Virus record (IMG/VR): IMGVR_UViG_3300036791_001355
Span: 1 to 64,000 of that record
DNA from: a virus
DNA: 64,000 bases
Strand: one strand, 5' to 3'
Below, piece by piece: positions 1 to 9,690 of this stretch. Position numbers and translations under genes: made by a program. Each line of letters opens with the position of its first letter. Position 1 is the stretch's first letter. The notes beneath the pieces were generated by a model, which worked only from the letters and a program-made list of their open reading frames with translations, did no database searches and had not been told where the DNA came from.

Positions 1-806
1 TTAACCTCGGGCATGGCTAAGACAATGACGTCGGTGCCGCCCGCGCCCTTGCCCACCAGGGTGTCGTCATAGGCCCAGACGATGTCGTCGCCGAGGTCGC
101 CCTCGACGTTCTGCACCACGCCCGCCGTGGTGGCCGAGCCTGCGCCGGGACGCTGATAAGACGTCAACTGGACGATGTTCTGCGTCGCCATGCCGCCGAG
201 AATCCGCTGTGGACCAAGGAAGACAAAGCGATGCGGCATGCCGAACTGCATGGTGCGGGTCTTCAGCGCGGCGATCTGCTGCAGCAGGAAGATGGCCATC
301 TGGCCGTTGTCGTAAGTCGAGAAGGTGGCGTTGCCATAGCTGTCCTGCGGCAGCGAGACGGTGGTCGAGCCGGGCGAGTTCAGGATGCCCTCGCCGTTCT
401 GCGGCTGCATGCCGTAGAGCAGACTGTTCCGTAACAGCTGAAAATGCCCCTGCCGCATGGCCAGCCGCTGCGCGTCGACGATGCTGAAACCCCAGTGGGA
501 CGCATTGGCGGTGTCATGGTGGTCATACTCGGCCCGCACCCGCTGCACGTAGGTGGGCAGCGACATGATGGTGGGCACGATGGAGACCGACGGCAGCATG
601 TTATAGGCGGTGGTACCCGATGCCACACGGGTGCGGACATCCAGCCGCCGCAGATAAACATAGAGATCCTCGCTGCCGATCTTGACCCGTGGTTCGTTGC
701 CGGCAAGCACGTCAAACGCGCCCGAGGCCTGCTGGAACTGCACCAGCAGGTCAGGCTCGACGAAGCTGGGATGCACCTGCGTCCAGCTTGGCGCCAGAGT
801 GGCCAT
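1..806 (-). CDS. Major capsid protein (3' end truncated by window edge; absent from ORF track)
   Basis: Manual translation from ATG at 806: MATLAPSWTQVHPSFVEPDLLVQFQQASGAF...RAEYDHHD...GPQRILG...IVQLTSYQRPGAGS...YDDTLVGKGAGGTDVIV; resembles SEN34-like capsid proteins; follows protease, scaffold and decoration genes. Confidence 0.85.
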   Translation of the reverse strand, partial: MATLAPSWTQVHPSFVEPDLLVQFQQASGAFDVLAGNEPRVKIGSEDLYVYLRRLDVRTRVASGTTAYNMLPSVSIVPTIMSLPTYVQRVRAEYDHHDTANASHWGFSIVDAQRLAMRQGHFQLLRNSLLYGMQPQNGEGILNSPGSTTVSLPQDSYGNATFSTYDNGQMAIFLLQQIAALKTRTMQFGMPHRFVFLGPQRILGGMATQNIVQLTSYQRPGAGSATTAGVVQNVEGDLGDDIVWAYDDTLVGKGAGGTDVIVLAMPEV

Positions 807-849
807 TGATTGCGTCCTTTCTCAGGGAAGTGCGACGCGAAGTCGCGTC

Positions 850-1758
850 TCAGATGATGATGACAGCGGTGGAACCGGCGTTGTTCCAGTTCGCCACCAG
901 ATTCACCCCGTCATAGGTCACGGTCTTGGAGTTGCCGATGGCCACCTGCAGCACCTTCACCGCCAGCGCCCCGCCCGACACCGCCAGCGTCATGGTGCCA
1001 GCGAGCGTGCCCCATTGCGCCGCCGTGCCCGGCAGCAGGTAGGTGAAGTGCTGGTTGTCCGTCCACGTGTTGGCGGTGTGCGTGGTGTTGATCGCCGCCG
1101 TGCCGCCCGTACCGGAATTGGTGGTGCCGGCGATGGTGAACATATCGCCGATGCCGTTGACCGGACTGGCCGCACTCATCACCACCGCCACCTGCCCGCC
1201 ATTGGTGGTGGACCATGTCTGCGAGGTGATGGTGAGCGCACTGCTGGTGGCGGTGTAGGGCACCAGCGCCTGGGCATTGAAGTCCCACGACACCTGTGCC
1301 CCGACCGAGCCACCCTCCAGGCTGGCCAGCGAGGGATCACACTGCACGCAGATGCGCGCCCCGCTGCCGAAGCGATAGAACGGCACCGTCATGCCGGTGG
1401 TGCCGAGCGGTACCTGACTGCCCGGCGTGGTGATCCACGAGAAGGCCTGATTGAACACCGAGAAGCCGATCAGGCCGCCCGCCCCGGTCTGCACCAGAGT
1501 GGTGGCCCGGCCGACGATGGAGCCGAGATTGTCGGCCGGCTGCCCCGGTGTGCCGGCGGGATAGGGGACATATTCGTAGATCCCCACCCCGCCCCACATC
1601 GGCAGCGTCTCGGTGACGCTGAGAATGCCGCCCGCGAGGTCGAAGCGGGCCGCCGGGTCGTCCAGCGCCGTGCCCTGCACGTAGCCTTCCGACTGCACGG
1701 AGAAAGTCCCCGGCGCGGTCGTAACCAGCATCGGGTTGAGGGTGACAAGAGTAGGCAT
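850..1758 (-). CDS. Head decoration/cement-type structural protein
   Basis: SEGYVQGTALDDPAARFDLAGG...PMWGGVGIYE...FYRFGSGARI; position between scaffold and capsid; contains a Thr-rich beta-type insert. Confidence 0.7.
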   Translation of the reverse strand: MPTLVTLNPMLVTTAPGTFSVQSEGYVQGTALDDPAARFDLAGGILSVTETLPMWGGVGIYEYVPYPAGTPGQPADNLGSIVGRATTLVQTGAGGLIGFSVFNQAFSWITTPGSQVPLGTTGMTVPFYRFGSGARICVQCDPSLASLEGGSVGAQVSWDFNAQALVPYTATSSALTITSQTWSTTNGGQVAVVMSAASPVNGIGDMFTIAGTTNSGTGGTAAINTTHTANTWTDNQHFTYLLPGTAAQWGTLAGTMTLAVSGGALAVKVLQVAIGNSKTVTYDGVNLVANWNNAGSTAVIII

Positions 1759-1803
1759 CGCCTGTTTTCCTATTCCTTAGAAGGGTCGACGCGAAGGCGC
1801 GTC

Positions 1804-2898
1804 TTAGAAGGGGTTGGGCTGGGTGTTGATGCGCCGCACCCGGAAGCTTGGCATGCGGAACTGGTCGAGCATGGCGCTGACCGGCCCGACGAACTCGGAG
1901 ATGCGCCGCCCGGTACGGTCGGGCTTGATGACCTCGCGCAGCATCGGCTCCGCCCCCGGCTCGACGCGGTAGGCCGCGCTGACCGCGTCCTTGCGGATTT
2001 CCGGCGCGGCAATCTTCAGCGCCGCCACCGGCAGCTGCCTGAGATCGACGCCCTTCCACTTGTCGGAGTAGCGCTGGAAGTGCCGCGCGTTGCGGCGCAC
2101 GTAGGAGAGCAGGCTCTCACCGTGCATCGGCCGTGACACGCGCTCGCCATGAGCCATGGCGGGCTCGCTCCACAGCTGCTGCTCCTCGGCCAGACGCTCG
2201 ATTTCCTCGTCGGTGGCGCCCCGCTCCAGGGCCTCGATGCGGCGCCGCAGGCTGCTGCTGTCGGCCCGGGTGTCGCGGCGAGCATCGCGGCGATCATCGC
2301 GGCGGTCGTCATCGTCGTCCGAGCGCCCTTCGTCGCCACCCTCTTCCTCGTCGTCGTCCTTGCGGTCGGCCGCCAGCGGCGTCGGCTTCTCCTTATCGCT
2401 AGGCGGTTCCTTCTCTTCCTCCTTGTGCCACGGCTCCTCCTTCTCCTCGCCGGCCCATTCCTCGATGTCCTTCTCCTTGTCCTTGCGGCCGGAATCCTTG
2501 AACGGCGCCGCCTGCTTGCCCTTGAAGTTCTCGATGCCGGCGTCGCGGCGGCCCCGGTCCTTGCGGCCCCGGTCCTTCATCGACACGCCCCGGTCGCCCG
2601 CGTCACGGCGGGCATCGCGGCGGTCATCGTCATCGTCGTCTGACCGCGCCTCCTCCTCCTTCTTCTCTTTGTCTTCTCCTTCCTCCTCGGCATCGTCCTT
2701 GCGGTCGTCATCATCGTCATCGCTGCGGGCATCACGGCGGTCATCGTCATCGTCCTGCTTGCCGCCGCCCTGTCCGAACAGCGCGTCCAGACGTCGTCCG
2801 ATGGCCGCGTGGGCATCTTTCAGGGCCTGCAACTCCCTGTCCTTGGTCTCTTTTTCACCAGCGGGTGGGGTCGCCGCCCGCATTCCTTCTCCAGCCAT
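1804..2898 (-). CDS. Capsid scaffolding protein
   Basis: Start reassigned to ATG 2898 (AGGAGG SD); highly charged D/E/R/K low-complexity N-terminus, conserved-looking C-terminus (REVIKPDRTGRRISEFVG). Confidence 0.7.
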   Translation of the reverse strand: MAGEGMRAATPPAGEKETKDRELQALKDAHAAIGRRLDALFGQGGGKQDDDDDRRDARSDDDDDDRKDDAEEEGEDKEKKEEEARSDDDDDDRRDARRDAGDRGVSMKDRGRKDRGRRDAGIENFKGKQAAPFKDSGRKDKEKDIEEWAGEEKEEPWHKEEEKEPPSDKEKPTPLAADRKDDDEEEGGDEGRSDDDDDRRDDRRDARRDTRADSSSLRRRIEALERGATDEEIERLAEEQQLWSEPAMAHGERVSRPMHGESLLSYVRRNARHFQRYSDKWKGVDLRQLPVAALKIAAPEIRKDAVSAAYRVEPGAEPMLREVIKPDRTGRRISEFVGPVSAMLDQFRMPSFRVRRINTQPNPF

Positions 2899-3056
2899 GA
2901 CGGCTCCTCCTGCTAAGACGCGTAGGCGCACCGAAGGTGCGCGACATCGCGTCGCCCTATGCCCGCGCGTGATGAACCGCCGGGAGGCGGGGCCACTCCC
3001 GGTGTCGGTGGTGTCTCGGTTGCTCGAAATTGCGCAAAAATGCGCAGGGGTTTTGA

Positions 3057-4253
3057 TCAGTCCGGTCGGGAGCGAGACTCCCGGAGACGCGACTTCGCGT
3101 CGACCGAGCGACCTATCGGCCCGATCAGCTGCTCGACCTCGGCCAGCCAGGGCCACGCGAGTGGCCCATTCGCCCTCGGCTCAGGCGCCGAATGGGCCAC
3201 CACGCTGTCAGTTCGCGCCGCTGGGGCGGGCAACTCGATCTCGCCATCGGCCGGCTCGGGATCGCCGATGGCAATGCCGGTAGGCGAGCCGTCCTTGTCC
3301 CACACGCCCAGTTCACAGATGGCGAGGTGATCCAGCAGCGACGGCTCGCCCTCCACCAAGAGATGCTTGCCGCCCGCCAGCTGGCGCGTCTCATTGACGC
3401 TGGGATCACGGAAAATGACCGCCGGGCTGGTCGAGAGCCGGTGGCTGCGCATCACCTCCGCCGCGCGCTGGTCGTAGATCTTGCCGATGCCCCACACTTC
3501 GTCGCCCTCGATGTAGGCAAACACGATGCTGCCGATGACCCGGTTGGTGTACTCCTCGGTGTTCAGTTCGTCGGTGGGCGGGTGCTCGATGATGACCGGC
3601 AGCCCGGCGCAGCGGGCCAGGAACTCGGCGTTGAGATAAATCTCCGGGGGCCGCCAGACATACTCCTCCAACTCGGGCCGGTAGCTCACCCCGGTGCCGG
3701 TGATGCGCAAGGCGAAGAGCCAGATATTCTCGTATTGCTGCGGGCTGCCGAACTCGCCCGAGGCGATGGCGCGGGCGATGTCCAACTCGTTCATGTGCAG
3801 GCGGTCCAGCGCCAGCCGTACGCCGGGATGCAGCGGCTGCGGCGGCGAGCCGGGAGAAGCCCAGACCCAGTCGCTCAACTCGCCGTCGCCGTGGCTGAGA
3901 TCGGGCTCGAACTGCGTCTCGACATGGGCCATGAAGGTGGAATAATCGACGCCCATCAGCATGTTGCGGATGAGCAGGGAGACCGCGCCGTGGGCGGTGG
4001 CGCCCAACTCCTCGGCCACCTCGCGCATGGCCGCCTCGTCGGCCTGCTCGTCGTGCTCGATCTCGCCGCCGGGGAGTTCCCAGGTGTCGCGGTCGCGGTG
4101 GCGCACGAACAGCACGCGGTCGCCGTCGTGGCCCCGGTAGAGGATCAGCAGGCCGGCGCCGTGCAGGATACGGCTGGGCGGGGCTTCATCAGCAGCGAAG
4201 ACTGAATGGGGCTGGGCGTCGTCCAGCCGGATGGCTGGCGAGAGCAGGCGCAT
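3057..4253 (-). CDS. NUDIX hydrolase fused to DUF2213-type prohead protease
   Basis: Nudix box WELPGGEIEHDEQADEAAMREVAEELG; C-terminal RITGTGVSYR...GLPVIIEHP...LSTSPAV...LDHLAICELGVWDK. Confidence 0.8.
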   Translation of the reverse strand: MRLLSPAIRLDDAQPHSVFAADEAPPSRILHGAGLLILYRGHDGDRVLFVRHRDRDTWELPGGEIEHDEQADEAAMREVAEELGATAHGAVSLLIRNMLMGVDYSTFMAHVETQFEPDLSHGDGELSDWVWASPGSPPQPLHPGVRLALDRLHMNELDIARAIASGEFGSPQQYENIWLFALRITGTGVSYRPELEEYVWRPPEIYLNAEFLARCAGLPVIIEHPPTDELNTEEYTNRVIGSIVFAYIEGDEVWGIGKIYDQRAAEVMRSHRLSTSPAVIFRDPSVNETRQLAGGKHLLVEGEPSLLDHLAICELGVWDKDGSPTGIAIGDPEPADGEIELPAPAARTDSVVAHSAPEPRANGPLAWPWLAEVEQLIGPIGRSVDAKSRLRESRSRPD

Positions 4254-4255
4254 AG

Positions 4256-4630
4256 CTAGGTGGTGGCGTCCTTGAGCGCGCCCTTGAACTCGGCCTCGTC
4301 GCTGAACGGCACCTCTTCGCGCACCGCTTCCTTGAGCAACTCGGTGGCCGCTTCCCAGGTGGCGGGGTCGAGGCTTTCTACCTCGATGGTCCGGTCAAAC
4401 TTCTTGCGGTAGGCGTGCGCCGCCAGCTGGGCCTCCAGCTTGTTCTCCTGGGCCTGGATCTCCGCCAGCGTGCGAAACGGCTTGGCGCCCATCGCCTTGG
4501 CCTCACCGTCGAACACCACGTTGCCATCGGGATCGATCAGAATGCCCGGGCTAGCCCGCATGTCGTCGTAGTCGGCTTGCTGTTCAGGGGTGAGTTTGAG
4601 TTTGTCAGCCATATCTAGAGTTTGCTCCAT
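4256..4630 (-). CDS. Small acidic hypothetical protein, candidate immunity/antidote for the upstream ADP-ribosyltransferase
   Basis: Directly downstream of ART-bearing gene; AT-rich spacer with TGTTATATT -10-like element. Confidence 0.5.
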   Translation of the reverse strand: MEQTLDMADKLKLTPEQQADYDDMRASPGILIDPDGNVVFDGEAKAMGAKPFRTLAEIQAQENKLEAQLAAHAYRKKFDRTIEVESLDPATWEAATELLKEAVREEVPFSDEAEFKGALKDATT

Positions 4631-4656
4631 CTCTCAATATAACACACTCCGTGCCT

Positions 4657-7600
4657 TTATCCTACCAATGCCTTGATGTGAGTCCGCGTGCCGTCGTGGT
4701 AGATTTCGTAGACTTCGGTGGAGACCCCATGCGGCAGGATCACTTCCCGCTCGTGGTGGCCGACTTGGCCGGCAATGCCCAGCACCTTCTGCCCCTTCTT
4801 GACGGCAAAGTGCCACCAGACATTCTCGTGCTCCTTGTAGCCGGGTTTCGGGCCGATGGAGGCAGAGGTGAAGCCGGTGCGCATGTAGTGGTAGGTGCCC
4901 ACGCCTTTGCCGAGCGCCTGCCTGATTGCCTTGATCTGGTCGTCGTCCATGTGTTCGCCACGGACCAAGTTGATATCCTGGGTGATCGCCACGTCGGGAT
5001 CACGGAACAGCGCCCGCATGGCATCAATCTTGCCCAAGGCCTCTGGTGTCGCTGACTCATGGCCGCGCTGCACGCCGTTGATTTTTTTGTAACCGCCGCC
5101 GCCGTAGGACTGGATCGCTTCCGCATCCTTGCTGTGGGACACCTTCTGCCAGAACCCTGGCTGGAGTGACGGCACGATGTCGTAGGATTCCTGCGAACTC
5201 GTGCTGGCAGGATTCGCCGCCTCCGCCTCGGTCTTGAGCGCGTAGTGCAGGTCGGGGCTGTCCCTGGCTTGCAGCACCTGGGCGTTGGCGGGCGCCGTCA
5301 GCGAGCCGTGCTTGGCGGTCTTGGGCGCGGCGGCCTTGGCCTTCGCGGCTAGGGTTCCCGGCTTCGGCCCCGCTGGCTTGGGGGCGGGCGCGGCCGGCTT
5401 GGCCGCCGAGGGCGGTGCCTCGCCCTTCAGCGCGGCGATCCACTCCTCGCCGAAGCTCTTGGTGAAAGAGCCGGTCAGCTTGGGGTTATCCAGCACCGCC
5501 TCAATGGCGGTGATCTTCTCTGCGTCTGGCTTATCCGAGGTGGCGGCGGCATAGACCGCCTGCTGGCCCTTGGAACTGGCGTGCGGCTGTGGTCCCAGGA
5601 CCGGCGGCGGCTTGCCCTCGATGTCGGCGATGGCCACCGCCACGGCGTGCTTCTCCGCCGGCTCGGTCATGGTGTTCATCAACTCGCCCAGCGACTTGGT
5701 CGCCGTTGCCTTGGCCTTGGGACCGGCCTCCTTGGCCATGGTGGAAACGAACTTGAGCTTTTCCCCCAGGGACATCTGAGCTTTGACGTAGTTCGGAATC
5801 ATGCCGGCGGCGGTGTCGTCTTCCTGCGCCTTGCTCTGCGGCTTGGTGTCCGCCGGCTTCTTCTCGCCCTTCAGCGCCTCGATCAGCTTGGCGCCGTACT
5901 CCTTGCCCGCCGTCGGCCACGCCTGGGCGTACTGCTCCAGAGTCTTGATCTTCGACGCGAGTGGCGCATCACTGGTAGCGACCTGCAGCATGTTCTTCTG
6001 CACGCTGCTGCCGGGGACCGGCAGCTGCGGTAGTGTGGCCGCCGTGGCCTGCTCGGCCGCCTGGGTCGGGGCGTCGCTGATCGCCGCCAGCAGCTTCTCG
6101 CCGTAGGCCTTGTCCGCCGCATCGGTGGCGTGGGCGATGTCGTGCTTGAGTTGCTTGACCTTGGTCTCCAGCTTCCACTGGCCGAAGGTGGCGGACTCGT
6201 AGAGTTCCTTCTGCGTCGCTCCTTGCGGCTTGGGCACCCCGGACACCGCCAGCAACAGTTGCGCGGCATATTCCTTGTTGCTGGGATCGGTCATCTCGGT
6301 GCCGAGCTTCTTGAGCGCGGCGATCTTTTCCGTCGTGGTGGTCCAGGGATTGACCGCGTAACCAAGCAGATCCTGCTGGCCGTAGCTCTGGTTTAGTGGG
6401 TCCGGCAGTTCCGGCCCGGCGGGTTCGGCTTCCTCGGACGCGGCCTTCGCTGGCTTCTTCTTCTCGCCGGCCGCCATCTCCAGCACGCTTAGCCAATCCT
6501 CGGCGTAGGTCTTGGCGGACGGGTCGACCAGCCCCTGGGCAATGGCATCCTTCAGCCACGCCAGCTGCTGCTCGACGGGCAGATCGCCGCTGACCACGTC
6601 GCTGATTTCGGACTCGCCGTAGGTCTTCTTTTCGGGAGCAGCCTGCGCGACCTCCTTCGGCTTGGCCCCCTGCTGCGCTTCCAGCGCCGCGATCACCGTC
6701 TGGCTGTAGTCCCATGTCGGGCTGGCCTTGTTCAGGGTGCCCTTGGCAACCTGCATATCCACGTAGGTGTTGATCGCGTTGATCTTCCCTTCCACCGTCA
6801 TGCTGGGGTGCTCGGCCAGCCCCTTGATGCTTTTGCCGATGACCGAACCGCCGACCAGCCCGGGCGGGTCCGGTACAACCGGGGCGCCCTTCTCGCCCTT
6901 TAGCTCGGCGAGCTTGCCCTCCACGAACTGCGTGTTGGCTGACCCCAGCGGCTTCTTCAGCAAGCCTTCCAAGTAAGCGACCTTTTTTTCTGCCGACGGC
7001 AGATGGTCGACCTGTTGCGTCACCGCCTTGGCGAAAGTCACGTCGGGACCAGCGCCGAAGATGCCGCCTGCCTCCTTGGCTTCCGGTTCCTCGGGCGGCG
7101 CTTCCGCCTCGGCCGCCATTGCCTCCATCTCGGCTGCGCTCGGCGGCGCCGCCTCGGGCGCACCTCCCTTCTCCTTCTTCTTAGGCTTCCACTTGGTGAA
7201 CGTGGCCTTGCCCAGGCTGCCCGCCCCCAACCCCAGCTGGTTCTCGATGTCGGCCAGCAGCACGTTGGCGTAGTTGGCCCAGGAAGAGGAAGACTTGGTC
7301 GCCGAGTAAGCCTTCACGGCGTCGGCCAGCTGGTTCAGTTCCTGATTGGAAAGAGCCTCGCCCTTCTCCAGCGCCTTCTCGACCACGCCGACGATCTTCT
7401 TGGTCGCCGACGCCGCCCCCAGCGCAGGCGATGACGATGGCGTCACCTTGCCGCCGCCACCACCGCCCGAGGTGAACTGCCCGCCGCCCTCGGCCCCGGC
7501 CGGTACACGCGGATGGTCGGCCTCGCTCCAGGCATCGGCCCGGCGAATGAAGTCCTTGTGCGCCTGCTCCGCCGTCCAGGCGTCCTTCTTGGCCTCGGAC

Positions 7601-9228
7601 AGTCCGGCCCGCTTGGCGATATCGTACTTGCGGGCAATCAGCTTGGCGGCCAGATCGGCCCGCTGCTCCGCCGTGCCCGGCCCCTGGCTCTCCACCAGTT
7701 CGCGGATGGTGTCATCGGGCACCGCCACCACCTTCTTGGCGGACTCGCGCAGCTGCTCCTGGCTCATCGAGCCGTAGATGGCGTGCGCCTGGGTGTTGCT
7801 CGGGCTGCGCAGGCTCTCCCATTCGCCCGCCTCTTTACCGAAGGCGTTGCCCTTGGGACCGCCCTGGGCGCGGAAGATCATCGCCCCGCCCGCGTCCAAG
7901 GTGGTCATGTCGCCGTCAACGAGGCCCTGGTTGTCGTATTCCAGCCCGGCCGCGTCCCAGTTGGCCAGCCACGCATGGGTGGCAAAGTTCTCCTGCGCCG
8001 CCTGCTTCTGCTCGGCGCTGTGGCGGTTGATGTTCTTGACGCCCTCTTTCCACTTGGTGGCGGTGCCGAGCTTGCCGTCGCCGATGTCGATGGGCTCGGC
8101 CGACAGGATCGGCGAGCCCGCCGCCTCGTACAGGCGCGAGGCGAGAAGCTCGTTCTTGGCGTGGGCTAACGACTTGGAATACTTGACATAGTATTTCTGG
8201 CCTTCCGGCGAGGTGAAGCGCCCGCCGGGATTGCTGCCCAGCTGCCCGCCGGTCTTGGTCATGCCCGCCAGCGCCAGTTGCCCGCCCGGCTTCCCGGGAG
8301 CAGCCTGCGCGACCTTCTCCTCCTTGGGCGGGTGGTCGCTCGGAGTCTCGCTCCCGGGCTTGAGAAACTTGGTGACCATCTTGCGGTCAACCGGGGCGTT
8401 GAGGTGGTCCTCCAGTTCCTCGACCGGCGCCAGGGTAACGCTGGAGGCCTCCTCGCCGTGATCCTCGGGCGTGCCGCCCACCCGGCGAGCGAAGTAGTAG
8501 CGGGCGTTGCTGGTGGAGCGCTCGACATCGCCGGCAAAGCCGGTCAGTTCCACCTTCAGCCCGGTTTCCTCGTAGGCCTCCTTGATGGCGGTGGCCCTGA
8601 GCGACAGGCCAGGGTCTTGGGTGCCCTTGGGGAAGGTCGCCTTGTAGCCGCCAAAACCCCGCTTGGGATGCATCACCCAGACGCTGCCGTCGGGCTCCTT
8701 GATGATCACCCCGGCGCCCTGCGCGAAGCCCTCGGGCAGGGGCGGTGGGGGTGGGGCCTCGATCTTGGGGCCGCTGTCGGCCAGCTTCTGCCAGCCACCC
8801 CGGGTCTGCGGCGGTGTCCACGAGGCAAAGGCGACGCCATGCAGAGCCTTGGGCGCGGCACTACCCTTCTTGCCGAAGGTCTGCGACTTCTTGGCAGCCT
8901 TGGGTGCCTCCGGTGCGGCGCCCCCGCCACCAGCGCCTGCGGTGAACTTGCCGCCCTCGTTGCGCGGATGCTCGGCTTCCTTGAAGTCGGAGTCCCCACG
9001 CACCGTCTTCGGTGCGTCTTGCCGCCCCGGCAGCAGGTTGAAGCGCCGGGCCTGGATCAGGTAGTCGATCTGGCGCGAGATGTCGGCCAGCGACTGGGCG
9101 ATATCCTCCAGGCCTGCCTCGTCCCCACGCACCGTCTTCGGTGCGTCCTTGCGCGCGCCATGGCGTACCTGCGGTTCCAGAAAGCGGGCGACGGCGTCAC
9201 GCCATGCCCAGGGAGCGCCGTCGTCCAT
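4657..9228 (-). CDS. Polyvalent head-associated effector: NUDIX + PI3K/HipA-like kinase + helical repeats + C-terminal ADP-ribosyltransferase (VIP2/Alt-like)
   Basis: FPKG...AIKEAYEETGL (Nudix); GSNPGG..YYVK..NELLASRLY..WLANWD..DN..LDAGG (kinase-like); YGGGGYKKIN..LVRG..FTSAS..EREVILP (R-S-E ART); GGAGG SD. Confidence 0.8.
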   Translation of the reverse strand: MDDGAPWAWRDAVARFLEPQVRHGARKDAPKTVRGDEAGLEDIAQSLADISRQIDYLIQARRFNLLPGRQDAPKTVRGDSDFKEAEHPRNEGGKFTAGAGGGGAAPEAPKAAKKSQTFGKKGSAAPKALHGVAFASWTPPQTRGGWQKLADSGPKIEAPPPPPLPEGFAQGAGVIIKEPDGSVWVMHPKRGFGGYKATFPKGTQDPGLSLRATAIKEAYEETGLKVELTGFAGDVERSTSNARYYFARRVGGTPEDHGEEASSVTLAPVEELEDHLNAPVDRKMVTKFLKPGSETPSDHPPKEEKVAQAAPGKPGGQLALAGMTKTGGQLGSNPGGRFTSPEGQKYYVKYSKSLAHAKNELLASRLYEAAGSPILSAEPIDIGDGKLGTATKWKEGVKNINRHSAEQKQAAQENFATHAWLANWDAAGLEYDNQGLVDGDMTTLDAGGAMIFRAQGGPKGNAFGKEAGEWESLRSPSNTQAHAIYGSMSQEQLRESAKKVVAVPDDTIRELVESQGPGTAEQRADLAAKLIARKYDIAKRAGLSEAKKDAWTAEQAHKDFIRRADAWSEADHPRVPAGAEGGGQFTSGGGGGGKVTPSSSPALGAASATKKIVGVVEKALEKGEALSNQELNQLADAVKAYSATKSSSSWANYANVLLADIENQLGLGAGSLGKATFTKWKPKKKEKGGAPEAAPPSAAEMEAMAAEAEAPPEEPEAKEAGGIFGAGPDVTFAKAVTQQVDHLPSAEKKVAYLEGLLKKPLGSANTQFVEGKLAELKGEKGAPVVPDPPGLVGGSVIGKSIKGLAEHPSMTVEGKINAINTYVDMQVAKGTLNKASPTWDYSQTVIAALEAQQGAKPKEVAQAAPEKKTYGESEISDVVSGDLPVEQQLAWLKDAIAQGLVDPSAKTYAEDWLSVLEMAAGEKKKPAKAASEEAEPAGPELPDPLNQSYGQQDLLGYAVNPWTTTTEKIAALKKLGTEMTDPSNKEYAAQLLLAVSGVPKPQGATQKELYESATFGQWKLETKVKQLKHDIAHATDAADKAYGEKLLAAISDAPTQAAEQATAATLPQLPVPGSSVQKNMLQVATSDAPLASKIKTLEQYAQAWPTAGKEYGAKLIEALKGEKKPADTKPQSKAQEDDTAAGMIPNYVKAQMSLGEKLKFVSTMAKEAGPKAKATATKSLGELMNTMTEPAEKHAVAVAIADIEGKPPPVLGPQPHASSKGQQAVYAAATSDKPDAEKITAIEAVLDNPKLTGSFTKSFGEEWIAALKGEAPPSAAKPAAPAPKPAGPKPGTLAAKAKAAAPKTAKHGSLTAPANAQVLQARDSPDLHYALKTEAEAANPASTSSQESYDIVPSLQPGFWQKVSHSKDAEAIQSYGGGGYKKINGVQRGHESATPEALGKIDAMRALFRDPDVAITQDINLVRGEHMDDDQIKAIRQALGKGVGTYHYMRTGFTSASIGPKPGYKEHENVWWHFAVKKGQKVLGIAGQVGHHEREVILPHGVSTEVYEIYHDGTRTHIKALVG
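8992..9147. repeat. 27-bp direct repeat (8992-9018, 9121-9147) with internal hairpin, encoding DAPKTVRGD twice
   Basis: gtccccacgcaccgtcttcggtgcgtc occurs twice; stem ACGCACCG/CGGTGCGT. Confidence 0.85.
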
Positions 9229-9354
9229 TGAGGCCTCCCCTCAGACGCGACTTCGCGTCGTCCATGGCAAATCCAGAAAATTGCCCGAATCGCTCGGCCT
9301 GCGTTATCCTCATGCCCGGTCCCGCAAGGTGCGTGACCACACATGGGGGACGCC

Positions 9355-9690
9355 ATGAACGACCATCCTGACCTGTTCGCCCTGTTCGACCTGCCCGCCG
9401 GCATCGCCCGCCGCGACGAAGGCATGGCGCGGGTTGCCGACCACAACCCGAACTGGACTGCCGAGGCGCTGCGCATCATCGCCACCCTGCCGCGCGGCTG
9501 GACCGGCCTGCCGGAAGACTGGCGCCCGATGGTCGAGGCCCGCATCGGCCCGCCCACCAGTTCCTTTGCCTATGGCCCGCTGACCAAGACCGCCAGACAG
9601 ATCGGCCTCGTCCGCCTGACCGGGCGCCGCCTGCCGATGCGCCGCCGCACCTCCAATGGCCGCATGACCGACGAATACGAGCGCCTCTAG
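9355..9690 (+). CDS. Hypothetical phage protein (possible winged-helix), opposite orientation to head genes
   Basis: MNDHPDLFALF...RRDEGMARV...; GGGGA SD; converges on the MuF stop. Confidence 0.6.
   Translation: MNDHPDLFALFDLPAGIARRDEGMARVADHNPNWTAEALRIIATLPRGWTGLPEDWRPMVEARIGPPTSSFAYGPLTKTARQIGLVRLTGRRLPMRRRTSNGRMTDEYERL

Noticed and set aside
2899-3156. N-terminal extensions in the ORF track (scaffold from 3156; also 18997, 22740, 45692 starts)
   Set aside because: They run through repeats or upstream genes; better starts with SD or coupling lie downstream
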